A stretch of DNA of 29,707 nt, from positions 1 through 29,707 of the forward strand of contig JAEOTQ010000049.1 of the NCBI GenBank assembly GCA_016839785.1, read 5' to 3'. The stretch is from Candidatus Hodarchaeota archaeon. GTDB taxonomy: Archaea; Asgardarchaeota; Heimdallarchaeia; Hodarchaeales; Hodarchaeaceae. Under the pieces are notes generated by a model. It had not been told where the DNA came from. It made no database searches and worked only from the letters and a program-made list of their open reading frames with translations. The translations under genes were made by a program, and so were the position numbers. Each line of letters begins with the position of its first letter. The stretch's first letter is position 1. Below are positions 15,157 through 25,460 of the stretch, piece by piece.

Positions 15157-17361
15157 ATGAGTTGGCGGAATAATTTGGCAAACGAAGTAGTATTAAAAGT
15201 AGCAGAAGCCAGACAAAGGGATGTAGGCCGTGGAAAGATCCGAATGGACGATATTAACATGAGAGAGATCGGAATAACAACTGGCGATGTTGTTGAAATC
15301 CGAGGCCGTCAAAAAACAGGTGCGATAGCATGGCCTGCCTACATTGAAGATCAGGGGGCTGGAATTGTCCGTATGGATGGGATTATTCGAAGAAATGCCA
15401 AGGTTTCTCTAGAAGAAAACGTACGTATACGTAAAGCACAAATCAAGGTAGCTAAATCGGTTAATATTGCACCAACTCGCCAAATATCATTGGATTATGG
15501 ATTTGAAGCTTTTGTAAAGCGAAAATTATTGGGTTATCCAGTGTCCAAAAATGATACTGTGCTTATACCAATATTAGGTAGGTCTATACCCTTCGTTGTC
15601 AATTCAACGACTCCTGCAGATATTGTACTTATTACTGACACAACTAAACTTAATGTTTCCGAAAAACCTATTTCTGAAGCCGAAACTAGTATGCCAGGAG
15701 TCAGCTATGAGGATATTGGAGGACTCTCAGATGCAATCCAAAAAATTCGTGAAATGGTCGAGCTCCCCCTGAAACATCCTGAACTTTTCAAGAAATTAGG
15801 AATTGATCCGCCCAAGGGAGTACTTTTACACGGTCCCCCTGGAACGGGAAAAACTCTTATCGCGAAAGCAGTTGCGAATGAATCTGAGGCGCACTTCATT
15901 CCAATACAAGGCCCAGAGATTATGTCGAAATTTTATGGAGAGAGTGAGGCCAGACTCCGTGACATTTTCAAAGAGGCGGAAGATAACGCACCTAGCATTA
16001 TCTTTATCGATGAAATCGATGCTATCGCCCCTAAAAGAGAAGATGTAACGGGAGAAGTTGAAAGACGAGTTGTTGCACAAATTCTCGCGTTAATGGATGG
16101 TTTAGAAAGTCGAGGAGAGACGATTGTCATTGGAGCCACGAATAGACCGAATGCTGTCGATCCTGCTCTTCGAAGACCTGGAAGATTCGATAGAGAAATA
16201 GAAATTGGGGTTCCCGATCAAAATGAAAGGTTGGAAATTCTTCAAATTCATACTAGACGAATGCCAGGAATAGAAAAAGTTGATATAAAGGAGTTAGCTG
16301 TTATTACACACGGATTTGTTGGTGCTGATCTTGCAGCTTTAGGTAGAGAAGCTGCAATGAGAAAGTTACGGGAAATTCTTCCTGACATCAACTTAAGCGA
16401 GGACACAATTCCCCCAGCAGTGCTTGATAACCTAGAAGTCGAAGATCGTCATTTTGAGAACGCGTTAAAAGAAATTCATCCCTCCGCCATCCGCGAAGTA
16501 TTCATTGAGGTTCCCAACGTTCGATGGACAAATATTGGTGGGATGGACCAAGTTAAGCAAGAATTAATCGAAACTGTTGAATGGCCGTTTAAACAGAAGG
16601 AGAATTTTGAACGGATTGGTATCAATCCACCACGTGCAGTCTTATTATTTGGCGCCCCTGGCACAGGGAAAACATTACTAGCTAAAGCAATTGCTACAGA
16701 AAGTCAGGTCAATTTTATCAGTGTAAAAGGTCCCGAATTGAATTCAAAATGGGTAGGAGAAAGTGAAAAAGCGATTAGAGAAGTTTTCAGAAAAGCACGA
16801 ACTGCAGCTCCAGCTCTAATATTTTTTGATGAAATTGATGCGGTTGCAGCGAGACGTGGATCATCTGATTCATCTGGAGCCAATGAACGCGTAATAAGTC
16901 AATTGTTAACGGAATTAGCAGGTATTGAACCTTTACGTGATGTTGCTGTTTTAGCTGCAACAAATCGTCCTGATCTGATTGATCCTGCTCTTCTTAGGCC
17001 AGGACGCTTTGATAGAGTTGTATATATTCCACCTCCCGAAGAAGACAGTAGAAAAAAGATTTTGGAGATTCATACCCGAGATATGCCCTTAGGAGAAGAT
17101 GTGAATTTAGACAGATTAGCTAAAGAGACCGAATTTTACGTTGGAGCGGATCTTGAAGCTATTTGCAGAGAAGCGGGAATGCTAGCCTTACGAGAAGATT
17201 TAACTGCTCAAATAGTATTATGGAGGCATTTCGAACAGGCACTGTCAAGTGTACATTCCTCATGCACGCCAGACATGATGAAATGGTATAGAGATCAAGA
17301 ATCGCAGTTCAGACGCCGGATAGGTGTAGATTCGCAGCAGACAATTCCTCTTTTCGGGTAA
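15157..17361 (+). CDS. cdc48: Cdc48/p97/VAT AAA+ ATPase
   Basis: N domain ([21 protein letters not shown]). Two AAA modules: [15 protein letters not shown] and [15 protein letters not shown]. Pore loops KFYGE and KWVGE; [13 protein letters not shown] and [10 protein letters not shown]. Confidence 0.97.
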   Translation: MSWRNNLANEVVLKVAEARQRDVGRGKIRMDDINMREIGITTGDVVEIRGRQKTGAIAWPAYIEDQGAGIVRMDGIIRRNAKVSLEENVRIRKAQIKVAKSVNIAPTRQISLDYGFEAFVKRKLLGYPVSKNDTVLIPILGRSIPFVVNSTTPADIVLITDTTKLNVSEKPISEAETSMPGVSYEDIGGLSDAIQKIREMVELPLKHPELFKKLGIDPPKGVLLHGPPGTGKTLIAKAVANESEAHFIPIQGPEIMSKFYGESEARLRDIFKEAEDNAPSIIFIDEIDAIAPKREDVTGEVERRVVAQILALMDGLESRGETIVIGATNRPNAVDPALRRPGRFDREIEIGVPDQNERLEILQIHTRRMPGIEKVDIKELAVITHGFVGADLAALGREAAMRKLREILPDINLSEDTIPPAVLDNLEVEDRHFENALKEIHPSAIREVFIEVPNVRWTNIGGMDQVKQELIETVEWPFKQKENFERIGINPPRAVLLFGAPGTGKTLLAKAIATESQVNFISVKGPELNSKWVGESEKAIREVFRKARTAAPALIFFDEIDAVAARRGSSDSSGANERVISQLLTELAGIEPLRDVAVLAATNRPDLIDPALLRPGRFDRVVYIPPPEEDSRKKILEIHTRDMPLGEDVNLDRLAKETEFYVGADLEAICREAGMLALREDLTAQIVLWRHFEQALSSVHSSCTPDMMKWYRDQESQFRRRIGVDSQQTIPLFG

Positions 17362-17508
17362 GAGAAAGACTAGAGAAAATTCGAATAGTTAAATAATTAT
17401 TCATCATTACTTGAAATTTGACATTTACATTCAGATAAATCTCAATCCAGACAAATTTTTAGATTTATTCCAAAAAGAACGACTAAAAACAAGGTATAGT
17501 GACGATTA

Positions 17509-17781
17509 ATGGTATCACAAAAGTACCCATATTGGAGGCCATTTCCTCTGACTTTTTCAATCATGAATATCGTGGAGAGAAGAGAGGGAATTTTATTGGA
17601 AGATGATTTAGTACGCCTTCTCGAATCAGATGTAGGAGAATTCTCTGAACGCGAACTGAATCAAGCGTTAATGAAACTAGAAATAGAAGGATTAATACAT
17701 GTCCAAACAATAAAGAAAAATCAGAGAGTTATCAAACGCATCCAAAAAGGGAATAAATTCCTCACCGTCGGGGAAGACTAA
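17509..17781 (+). CDS. Small winged-helix protein
   Basis: FSERELNQALMKLEIEGLIHV followed by a beta-hairpin wing is a wHTH pattern. SD-like AGGT..GTGA upstream. Its stop overlaps the convergent gene. Confidence 0.7.
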   Translation: MVSQKYPYWRPFPLTFSIMNIVERREGILLEDDLVRLLESDVGEFSERELNQALMKLEIEGLIHVQTIKKNQRVIKRIQKGNKFLTVGED

Positions 17782-18734
17782 GATACAGACAGATTTTTTA
17801 ATTTTAACCCTAATTTTTCAAGTAATAGGCATACAGGACAGATTTCTTGAGTAGATAATTCTTTACATACCTTACACTGGTAGGTAGTTGATGTAACTTC
17901 AGAATTGGTGAAGGATTGAGATAGTGAATCGTGTACATTCACGATATTTACCAATGTACTAGGTCGCTTTTTTTCCATGTCTGATAAGAATAATCGAATA
18001 TCATTTCTCATTGCTGTATATGCGTACGGGCATGGCACGGAATGATATTCCAAGTTATTTGCATGCGCGTAAAGGACAATTTCAGGCTCAGAAATTTTAA
18101 CTAACGGACGGATCCGAGGGATGAATGAAGGAAACTTTTTACTAGGAATTCTTGATATTCGTTTGAATTTTCCTGCATCCCCACGAAGAAGATTCATTAC
18201 AATTGACTGTGCTTCATCATCTAAATTATGAGCAGTGGCAATTTTTGAAACCCCAACTGATTGACTCCCATAATTTAATGCTCTTCGTCGTAAGATTCCA
18301 CACAAAGCACAAGCAGATAATGAATTCCCGTCCTGTGTACTTTTATAGACGATTTCATCTAATGTGGCTCCATATAGATCCATAAAAGATATAATTTTAT
18401 GGTTGAGATTGTACTTTGAGGTTGTTTCTTGGGTTAATTTAAGAAACCCCTCACGATATCCTTTTATACCTTCATCTACTGTAATAGCAGTTATCTGATT
18501 TTTGGAATGAGGCTGTAAAAATACCTTGGACAGTAGATGCAATAAAATAGTGCTATCTTTACCACCTGAATAGCCTAGACCAATGTGGTCGTCTCTACTT
18601 AGCATTTTATATTTCTTTATTGATTTCTTGACCTTCTTCTCGAACAATTCAATAAAATGTTGTCTACAAAGACGTTTCTTTGTCATTGGATCCTTTGTAT
18701 ATGGTGGTTTACTACAACAATTTGATTTTTTCAT
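17778..18734 (-). CDS. tRNA 2-thiolation protein (TtuA/NcsA/Ctu1 family)
   Basis: PP-loop SGGKDS, CALCGILRR, AHNLDD, CPY, and terminal zinc fingers (LCRQHF; CKVC...CPVC). Confidence 0.92.
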   Translation of the reverse strand: MKKSNCCSKPPYTKDPMTKKRLCRQHFIELFEKKVKKSIKKYKMLSRDDHIGLGYSGGKDSTILLHLLSKVFLQPHSKNQITAITVDEGIKGYREGFLKLTQETTSKYNLNHKIISFMDLYGATLDEIVYKSTQDGNSLSACALCGILRRRALNYGSQSVGVSKIATAHNLDDEAQSIVMNLLRGDAGKFKRISRIPSKKFPSFIPRIRPLVKISEPEIVLYAHANNLEYHSVPCPYAYTAMRNDIRLFLSDMEKKRPSTLVNIVNVHDSLSQSFTNSEVTSTTYQCKVCKELSTQEICPVCLLLEKLGLKLKNLSVS

Positions 18735-18751
18735 ATCAATACATCTATTGA

Positions 18752-19051
18752 CTATGATTTGCGCTCGGAAAAGTTCAATTTAACAAGAGGAGGACATACT
18801 TTATCTGCTATAACTCCTCCATAAGCTATCGCTTTTTTTGATAATTCCTCAACATCCAATTTTGAAAATGCGGTCACTTCAAGAAATAAGCTGATTTCGA
18901 TATTCAATTCTCCCTTATCAGAGGATTCTAAGGTGATATCGATTTCACTATGTCCTAACTCATCCCCAGCTTCAGTAACTAAAAATTTGTGAATTTCCTC
19001 GTATAAATAATCAAGTAAGTCATCAGGATTCATTATGGACAAGAGATTCAC
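18752..19051 (-). CDS. Small acidic conserved archaeal protein (DUF3194-like)
   Basis: Size, acidic alpha/beta pattern, and position directly downstream of pfdB in the exosome superoperon. The true start may be a few codons downstream. Confidence 0.6.
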   Translation of the reverse strand: MNLLSIMNPDDLLDYLYEEIHKFLVTEAGDELGHSEIDITLESSDKGELNIEISLFLEVTAFSKLDVEELSKKAIAYGGVIADKVCPPLVKLNFSERKS

Positions 19052-19092
19052 CCTGACATGTTAATTTCAAGATAGAAAACTTAAGGCGGAGG

Positions 19093-19437
19093 TTATCCTA
19101 GGTCTTGACTTAATTTCTTTTGTAATTCCTCAAAACGTTCTACATTTTGCTTTTCTTGAGAGGATAATCCTTTTTTCTGAATTTCAAGCAATTCTCCTTT
19201 CTCATTTAATTCTTTTAAAACGTCTTGAGCCTTTTTTGGAAACATGACACCGCCAACAGCTTTCCAGACCTGGGTATCTCCTTCGAGAGTTTTTAACTCC
19301 TTCTTTGTAACTTCCATTTCCGAAAGTGCACGATCGATTTCATTTAACTGTAAACGGAGATTTTGTATATTTTGTTCTAGAGTCCTATAACGAACTAGTT
19401 GTTCTTGTTGAGCTGGAGAAAGTTCAGGGAGTGCCAT
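19093..19437 (-). CDS. pfdB: Prefoldin beta subunit
   Basis: ELSPAQQEQL, two coiled coils flanking the VWKAVGGVMF hairpin, and synteny. Confidence 0.93.
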   Translation of the reverse strand: MALPELSPAQQEQLVRYRTLEQNIQNLRLQLNEIDRALSEMEVTKKELKTLEGDTQVWKAVGGVMFPKKAQDVLKELNEKGELLEIQKKGLSSQEKQNVERFEELQKKLSQDLG

Positions 19438-19450
19438 TTTTTTATTTCCT

Positions 19451-19741
19451 CTAATATTGGGGATAATTTTTCTGGGTATTTACAATTTTCTTCGGGATTA
19501 TTTGAGTTAACTCGCATACCAAAGTAATCCAACGGAGCATTGAAGATATGTTCGCTTTTGCTGCTGTAATATCCTGTGAATTCACCGTAATTATCAGCGA
19601 AGTTCCTTCTAATTTCAACTTAATTTGTGATCTTTCAAAATGGTGGTCGTTAACTTCGGGAATTAATGATTCATAGATAAAATTGGCTTCTTCCAAGGAA
19701 TCAAGTCTAATTATTGTCTCAATACATACTCGACTATCCAT
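19451..19741 (-). CDS. pcc1: KEOPS complex subunit Pcc1
   Basis: EEANFIYESLIPE...RSQI...LIITVNSQDITAAKANISSMLRWI, and position between Brix and pfdB. Confidence 0.88.
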   Translation of the reverse strand: MDSRVCIETIIRLDSLEEANFIYESLIPEVNDHHFERSQIKLKLEGTSLIITVNSQDITAAKANISSMLRWITLVCELTQIIPKKIVNTQKNYPQY

Positions 19742-20316
19742 TATGCCACTTCAGGGTTCAAAGTGATTTCGAAAGATAACAAAGGTAGTTGATTTTTTGG
19801 ATCATTTCTAACTACTTCCCCACGAAATTTGCCATCCAAGTAGTCACGAAATTTTATTTTAAGACTAGTTTTCGATGGTTTACTAGCCTTAGGGACAAGT
19901 AATGGCTTTATAAAATTATGAATGTGCTCTTTCAATGATTCTGGAATATCTGGAGCATAATCGATAAGGATATTTTTATTCTCAATTCGTGTGTTTTTAT
20001 CCCCTTTTTGTGGAAAATTGAAATTCATTAATTTGACTTCAACATCAATTTGGAGAGGTGATTTCACGAAGTCATAGCAACAGAGAGAGATTGAATCAAT
20101 TTTTCTTGAGCTTTGAACAATGACCACCTTATCGATGCCCATATTCCAACAGAAATTTCGAATTTCTTTCAGACTTAATGATCCACGATTCATCCTTTTG
20201 GAAAAAGGAAGTGAAAAAGATATTAATTTACTTACACGTCTTATAAAATGAGAAGGATTGCGAGATGTCGTTATTAACAAAGGAGAGGCACCCTCTCTCT
20301 CGTTATCTGCCATCAT
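19741..20316 (-). CDS. Brix/Imp4-domain ribosome biogenesis protein
   Basis: LLITTSRNPS...NRGSLSLKEI Brix signatures, and synteny. Confidence 0.85.
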   Translation of the reverse strand: MMADNEREGASPLLITTSRNPSHFIRRVSKLISFSLPFSKRMNRGSLSLKEIRNFCWNMGIDKVVIVQSSRKIDSISLCCYDFVKSPLQIDVEVKLMNFNFPQKGDKNTRIENKNILIDYAPDIPESLKEHIHNFIKPLLVPKASKPSKTSLKIKFRDYLDGKFRGEVVRNDPKNQLPLLSFEITLNPEVA

Positions 20317-20357
20317 TCATCATTTTAACTAGATTCTTATGAGGGTGAAATCCCTCT

Positions 20358-20633
20358 CTAAGAATCAGTCTGCGTAGCAAGTCGTTTAGCTGTTCTTTGG
20401 GCTATTTTGCCTCCGGGGGTTTCTGGAGCCCATGATCCACCTGTATATCTGAATCCACAGAATTTGCATTCCCAAATCCCAATAGATACACGTTTAACTT
20501 TCAGGGAATCGCAGGAAGGACAAACATGAAACTTTTTTGAGTCCTGTTCAATTTTTTTAACTCGCTTGCGTATTGTAGCTCCATAACGGGTACCAAAACG
20601 TCCAGTTGAACCTACTTTCTTAGTACGACCCAT
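20358..20633 (-). CDS. rpl37ae: 50S ribosomal protein eL43 (L37Ae)
   Basis: RTKKVGSTGRFGTRYGATIRK, CPSC...GIWECKFC. Confidence 0.97.
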   Translation of the reverse strand: MGRTKKVGSTGRFGTRYGATIRKRVKKIEQDSKKFHVCPSCDSLKVKRVSIGIWECKFCGFRYTGGSWAPETPGGKIAQRTAKRLATQTDS

Positions 20634-20683
20634 TTTACCACCAAGTCTCCAATTTTAAGTGTATGTTTTTTACTTTTTGAAGG

Positions 20684-21538
20684 TTAGAAATCAAATTGAT
20701 ACATCTCATTCATTTCGGGGAATTGAGAACATTCCTCAATCTTCTCAAGTAACGGTGCCACCAAAGTAGCTCCTTGATCCAAAATTGTAGTAAACTCTTC
20801 CTCGGTGAATACTCCAGATTCTCCTTTCTGCATCGAACAGATAATTCCTTTATCAGTCATGGCAAAAGAAAATCGTGCTTCTTTTCCCCTATCTTCGAGT
20901 AGATTGGGATCATAGAATATGGAATCGTTAATTTTGGCAAAAGTTAGGCTAGCAACGGATCCGTTCCTTGGAAGAGGTTCTGTTTCCTCCAAAAGAGTAA
21001 CTTCTTCGAGATCCTCGTTGATTACAACCTTTCTTAGTCGGGTATTTGCAAGCGCGGCCATTGCGCCGAGAGCGGCAGCATCAATTAAATTTCCACCATC
21101 ATCAAGAATATAGACATCAATAAAAATAATCCAAACTTTCTTTCCAGGAATAACACATAATTTTGGATCCTTCATAGGCATAATTTTGCTTTCACGAATA
21201 CCACGATCGACAACACGGGCCAACTCAACGGTTCGGGGACCAGGAGGGCCACTTTCATTGGTTGGTGACGAAATTGGTGATATTTCTGCATTTACAGTAA
21301 TAACGCCGTCATTCGGTGTATCAGGGAAAGGTGAACCTAGCTGAGCTTTCACACCTGCTAGTATAACAGTTTCTCCCCATTTAACCATTGCTGATCCTTC
21401 TGCTTTTTTAATTACATTTGGAATAATCTGAACGGGTCTACCTTCCAAAAATTTTCTTCCATCTGCTCTTTTTCCTTTTTCAAGCAATTTAGTTATGTAT
21501 TGCTTCTCTAAAACTCCAACTATTTCTTCTGAACGCAT
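20684..21538 (-). CDS. rrp42: Exosome subunit Rrp42
   Basis: RNase PH fold motifs KAEGSA, PFPDTPNDG, ELARVVDRGIRES, DDGGNLIDAA. Start placed at ATG 21538 after AGGTGA (ORF track 21547). Confidence 0.95.
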   Translation of the reverse strand: MRSEEIVGVLEKQYITKLLEKGKRADGRKFLEGRPVQIIPNVIKKAEGSAMVKWGETVILAGVKAQLGSPFPDTPNDGVITVNAEISPISSPTNESGPPGPRTVELARVVDRGIRESKIMPMKDPKLCVIPGKKVWIIFIDVYILDDGGNLIDAAALGAMAALANTRLRKVVINEDLEEVTLLEETEPLPRNGSVASLTFAKINDSIFYDPNLLEDRGKEARFSFAMTDKGIICSMQKGESGVFTEEEFTTILDQGATLVAPLLEKIEECSQFPEMNEMYQFDF

Positions 21539-21547
21539 AATATTCAC

Positions 21548-22303
21548 CTACTCCTCTTCGTCCCCCACGTCATTAGTAGTACCCTCAATTTGGGTATATT
21601 TGGCCAAGACTGCTTCTCTTTGCAACTTGTAAACATCACCAATAGCTCGAATTGCGAGTGATAAACCTTCTTTTACTTCCTCAATTGTGAACTCACCATC
21701 ACATTGGAGCAAAGTGATTTCCCCAGTGTTAAAGTTCATCGCAACAGGCATGTCACCTTGGCCATCTTTATCTTCGACATCGGACAGGTCAACAACCATT
21801 TTGTCTGCGACCTTTCCTACAGCACATCCAGTAATGAAACCTTTCATTGGAATCCCCGCATCTGCAAGGGCTATTGAGGCTGCAGTCAACGCGGCACAGC
21901 GAGTGCCTCCATCTGCATCTAAAACTGTTATATAAACATCAATTGTACCGTTTGGAAACTTTTCTAAGAATAAAACGGCATCTAATGATTCCTTAATTAA
22001 TTTACTTAATTCATATTCTCTACGTCTTGGAGCAGGGCTTTTTCGCTCATTGACAGAAAATGTAGCTAATCGATATTCAACTCGGACTATAGCGCGATCA
22101 GGTTTTGCCAGATGTTTTGGGTGCAATTCCCTAGGACCGTATACTGCACATATTATTTTGTTATTACCCCAAGTTAGATAACAACTCCCATCTGCTCTGT
22201 CCAAAACACTACTTTGCATAGTAATTGGACGTAATTCATGAAGTTCTCTACCATCTAAACGTCGTCCATCATCCATAAGTAGAGATGTTTTTTCTTTTGT
22301 CAT
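21548..22303 (-). CDS. rrp41: Exosome catalytic subunit Rrp41
   Basis: GRRLDGR..ELRPI, VYGPRELHP, ADGGTRCA, EDKDGQGDMP with catalytic Asp residues present. Start at ATG 22303 (ORF track 22312). Confidence 0.96.
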   Translation of the reverse strand: MTKEKTSLLMDDGRRLDGRELHELRPITMQSSVLDRADGSCYLTWGNNKIICAVYGPRELHPKHLAKPDRAIVRVEYRLATFSVNERKSPAPRRREYELSKLIKESLDAVLFLEKFPNGTIDVYITVLDADGGTRCAALTAASIALADAGIPMKGFITGCAVGKVADKMVVDLSDVEDKDGQGDMPVAMNFNTGEITLLQCDGEFTIEEVKEGLSLAIRAIGDVYKLQREAVLAKYTQIEGTTNDVGDEEE

Positions 22304-22318
22304 ATATTTCAACCTTTA

Positions 22319-23026
22319 TTATAAATTCTTTTTTTCTTCTTCTAAATAAGCACGAATCCTATCTGTAAGCCCACTAGTATGAGCTTCTGCTTCAATCTTG
22401 CGAATTGCACGAATAACTAGATTTTCCTTTTCAACCGAATTTGCAGAAACCACAATACGTCCATTTTGACCAACAATAATTTGCGCATTAGTCATATTTT
22501 TTAGCAATTGAATCATACTGCCCTTCTTACCTATTATTCGTGGTATTTTCACTGGATCAACATCAATTAACCTTCCGTGGGTTATTTTTCGAAGACCTCT
22601 TCCTTGCATCGTAAGTACAGGATCTCTAGTACGATCAAAGTAAGTAATCTGTGCTTTAATGATGTCTCCAAAGTTTAAAACCTCTTCTAAGCTCTCTCTG
22701 AGAGAATCGAAATCGCGATCTAATACACTGTTTACTCGAAGAGCACCAACATATGGGCCTCGTATATCAACATTCCAAGAGGTAATTCCAACCCTAACAA
22801 TTTTTCCAATAATAATATCTCCCTCTAAAGGAATATAACAACCTTCTAATGGGACAACACCAACACTGTCTTTCCGTATTTTAACTAATCCAATCATGGA
22901 GGCTATAATTTCAGTTTCTCCTTTCACTTTTTTCCGATAGACTCCACCCGCAACATCGACTCCAGATCCACGTGCGAGAACTTCACCTGGTACGACCAGC
23001 TGATTTTTGCTTACTAATAATGTCAT
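22319..23026 (-). CDS. rrp4: Exosome RNA-binding subunit Rrp4
   Basis: VVPGEVL, YIPLEGDIIIG (S1 domain), PRIIGKKGSMI (KH domain), VGQNGRI, EAHTSGLTDRI. Start moved to ATG 23026 to remove the overlap with SBDS. Confidence 0.95.
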   Translation of the reverse strand: MTLLVSKNQLVVPGEVLARGSGVDVAGGVYRKKVKGETEIIASMIGLVKIRKDSVGVVPLEGCYIPLEGDIIIGKIVRVGITSWNVDIRGPYVGALRVNSVLDRDFDSLRESLEEVLNFGDIIKAQITYFDRTRDPVLTMQGRGLRKITHGRLIDVDPVKIPRIIGKKGSMIQLLKNMTNAQIIVGQNGRIVVSANSVEKENLVIRAIRKIEAEAHTSGLTDRIRAYLEEEKKNL

Positions 23027-23042
23027 TTTTATCACTTTATTA

Positions 23043-23777
23043 TCATAATCTAATTCTTTCAATAACTTTGATTTCAGAGCGACCCTTTGTCATGCCCTGT
23101 ACCATCTCCATAAACTCCCCTTGTACTCCCGCTGCAACACTTACAACCGCAATCCAAGATCCATCTTTCTGCCATTCATCCTTTTCGATCTGACCCTTAC
23201 GTTTGATTTCCCCATATGCTTTTCCAGTAAACTCAGGAGGTATCTGTACGGCTAATTTTACCGTCTCCATACTTATTGGAATAACTTTTCTAAGGTCAAC
23301 AATTATACTCTTGATCTGCTCTTCTGCTGATTTAGTCGGATCAACCATCACTTTAGCTTCTTTCATTGCATTTTCAATTCTCAATGGAGGATGGGGAGTT
23401 CGAGTTTTAGGATTTATACAGGTTTTAGCAAGTAAATTGACAATTTGTTTTCTTTTTTTCTCAAAAAATTCCTGTCTTTGCTCTGAGGTTAAGTTTAAAT
23501 CTCCTTTAATGAGGATTTTTTCTGCGATTTCAGTGATGTTGGTTGTTTGAAAACAATGATCTAAAATTTCTTCAGAAGCTCGTTCACCCTTACTCGCATT
23601 TTCAAAGACCTCATCCACTTCAAGAATGTCGCTAACGGTTATTGACTCATCAAGAAGTCCCATTTTGTACTTTAAGGCAAGTTCAGGATTAACTATCAAT
23701 TCAAACCTATTTCCTTCAAATTTGGCTCGTACAATGGATTTTCCTGAAAGATCAAATCTTCTTGCATCTCGTAACAT
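23043..23777 (-). CDS. Ribosome maturation factor SBDS/Sdo1
   Basis: GNRFELIV, ASKGERAS, INPKTRTPHPPLRIENAM, WQKDGSW. Confidence 0.95.
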   Translation of the reverse strand: MLRDARRFDLSGKSIVRAKFEGNRFELIVNPELALKYKMGLLDESITVSDILEVDEVFENASKGERASEEILDHCFQTTNITEIAEKILIKGDLNLTSEQRQEFFEKKRKQIVNLLAKTCINPKTRTPHPPLRIENAMKEAKVMVDPTKSAEEQIKSIIVDLRKVIPISMETVKLAVQIPPEFTGKAYGEIKRKGQIEKDEWQKDGSWIAVVSVAAGVQGEFMEMVQGMTKGRSEIKVIERIRL

Positions 23778-23779
23778 GA

Positions 23780-24517
23780 CTATTCCTCTTTATTCTTAAT
23801 TTGCTTAATGAGATTTAATATATCTATCGAGGTGAAATAGTTTAATTTTCGATCTGTACTGGATATTACAGCAATCTCGACCATGTCGGGATCGAGATTA
23901 TCATCAGAAACTTTTTGTAATGCCTTTAGTGCTACTAATATTCCCTCTTGGAGTGTTTTAGAAATTTCTGGGTAAGAATTTTCTAGCTCTTCCACAATAA
24001 TAGGAGTTCCTGAACCAATAGCCGCAGCCCTATACCCCCAATAACTACCACTCGGTTCTGTCATGAATAATTGAGGGCCTTTGATTTCATCTACTCCTGC
24101 AATTATTAATGAAACACCGAACGGTCGTACTCCTGCGTGCTGAGTATAAGCCTGTTTAACGTCAGCTATTCTGTGGGTAAGATTTTCAACCGTTATTGGT
24201 TCATTATAAGTGATTTGATGAATTTGGGCTTGAATCCGTGCCTGATTCACCAATATTCGTGCATCAGCAGTTAATCCAGCAATAGCAACAGCAATGTGGT
24301 CATCTATTGCAAAAATCTTCTTGACCATTTCTTTCTCAATCAGGGTGGTATGTAATCTTTTCTGTACTGCAAGAATGCAACCTTCTGCAGTTTTAATTCC
24401 AACAGCTGTTGTTCCCCTCTTGACCGCTTCAATTGCATACTCTACCTGAAACAATCGCCCATCAGGGCTAAAAATCGTACTCCCTCTGTCATAACCTAAT
24501 CCTTTTGGGGCAAACAA
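23780..24517 (-). CDS. psmA: 20S proteasome alpha subunit
   Basis: GYDRGSTIFSPDGRLFQVEYA, GLTADARIL, YTQHAGVRPFGVSL. Start moved to TTG 24517 (MFAPKGLGYDR) after an AGGTGG SD. Confidence 0.97.
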   Translation of the reverse strand: MFAPKGLGYDRGSTIFSPDGRLFQVEYAIEAVKRGTTAVGIKTAEGCILAVQKRLHTTLIEKEMVKKIFAIDDHIAVAIAGLTADARILVNQARIQAQIHQITYNEPITVENLTHRIADVKQAYTQHAGVRPFGVSLIIAGVDEIKGPQLFMTEPSGSYWGYRAAAIGSGTPIIVEELENSYPEISKTLQEGILVALKALQKVSDDNLDPDMVEIAVISSTDRKLNYFTSIDILNLIKQIKNKEE

Positions 24518-24991
24518 CTCATTCCACCTGAAACAGTACCTTTTTTGTTCTTTCTCTTTCAATCCAATCGAGTTTATCTCGAATATTTAACGCTTCAGAC
24601 GATAATTTTCTTCAAATCCTATTTTTAGAAAACGATCGCTCGATTTTTATTACAAATTTAGACAACTCTAAAAATTCCCCAATGAAAAAATTTCACAATT
24701 TCTGTAAGAAAAATAGAAAAAGGCTTTTAAGCGAAATCTTCCTTTGAATAAAGCTTTCTTCTTCCTCTATCAACAGAAATCATCTTGATTTTGTATGAAT
24801 TATTCCTGATAGTTGGTTCGGATCTGATAGAAAAAAAAGTCCACTAAATTCAAAATTTAAGCGACCCCAAGAGAGTAGCTAGGAAAGGGGATGGTAAGCT
24901 GTTAAAAACTATTTAAGTTGTGCATTTCTTCTGCTGATTCAAGACGATTTTCAGTGCATTTCTTTAAAAAATTCAGAAAAGGTGTTATTTC

Positions 24992-25429
24992 ATGGCTTAC
25001 GAACCGAAAAAAATTGGTACTGTCAAAGTAGGTAGATATATTATTGATCCAGACTCAAATGAACCATGTCGAGTTATTTCTATTGATAAAAGCAAACCTG
25101 GAAAGCATGGGGCAGCCAAAGCTCGAATGATGATTGTGGGACTTTTTGATAATCAGAAACGACAATTGATTTCTCCAGTAGATAAGAGGGTAAATGTTCC
25201 AATTATCGAAAAGAAAACAGGACAGGTGACTAATGTGGAGTCTGGCACAGGATTCGTACACGTCATGGATAATGAATCCTATGAAACATTTATAGTCGAT
25301 TCTCCGACAGAAGATGATTTAAAATCAAAATTAAATGAACTTTTTTCTGCAGGAAAAGGTGTAGAGATTGACTATTGGGTAGTCATGGATCGGAAAAAAA
25401 TCAATCTTGTAAGAGAGATGGAATATTAA
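24992..25429 (+). CDS. eif5a: Translation factor aIF5A
   Basis: Hypusine-site motif SKPGKHGAAKAR, VPIIEKKTGQV, AGGTG SD. Confidence 0.96.
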   Translation: MAYEPKKIGTVKVGRYIIDPDSNEPCRVISIDKSKPGKHGAAKARMMIVGLFDNQKRQLISPVDKRVNVPIIEKKTGQVTNVESGTGFVHVMDNESYETFIVDSPTEDDLKSKLNELFSAGKGVEIDYWVVMDRKKINLVREMEY

Positions 25430-25460
25430 TCGAATTAACTATGTAAAGGTTGTTTAATTA

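Noticed and set aside
24765-24900. Possible C/D-box sRNA or structured RNA between psmA and aIF5A (two CTGA boxes, TCTATCA...TGATAGA ends, CCCC...GGGG stem)
   Set aside because: No properly placed RUGAUGA C box and only short stems; cannot be supported without covariance or expression data.
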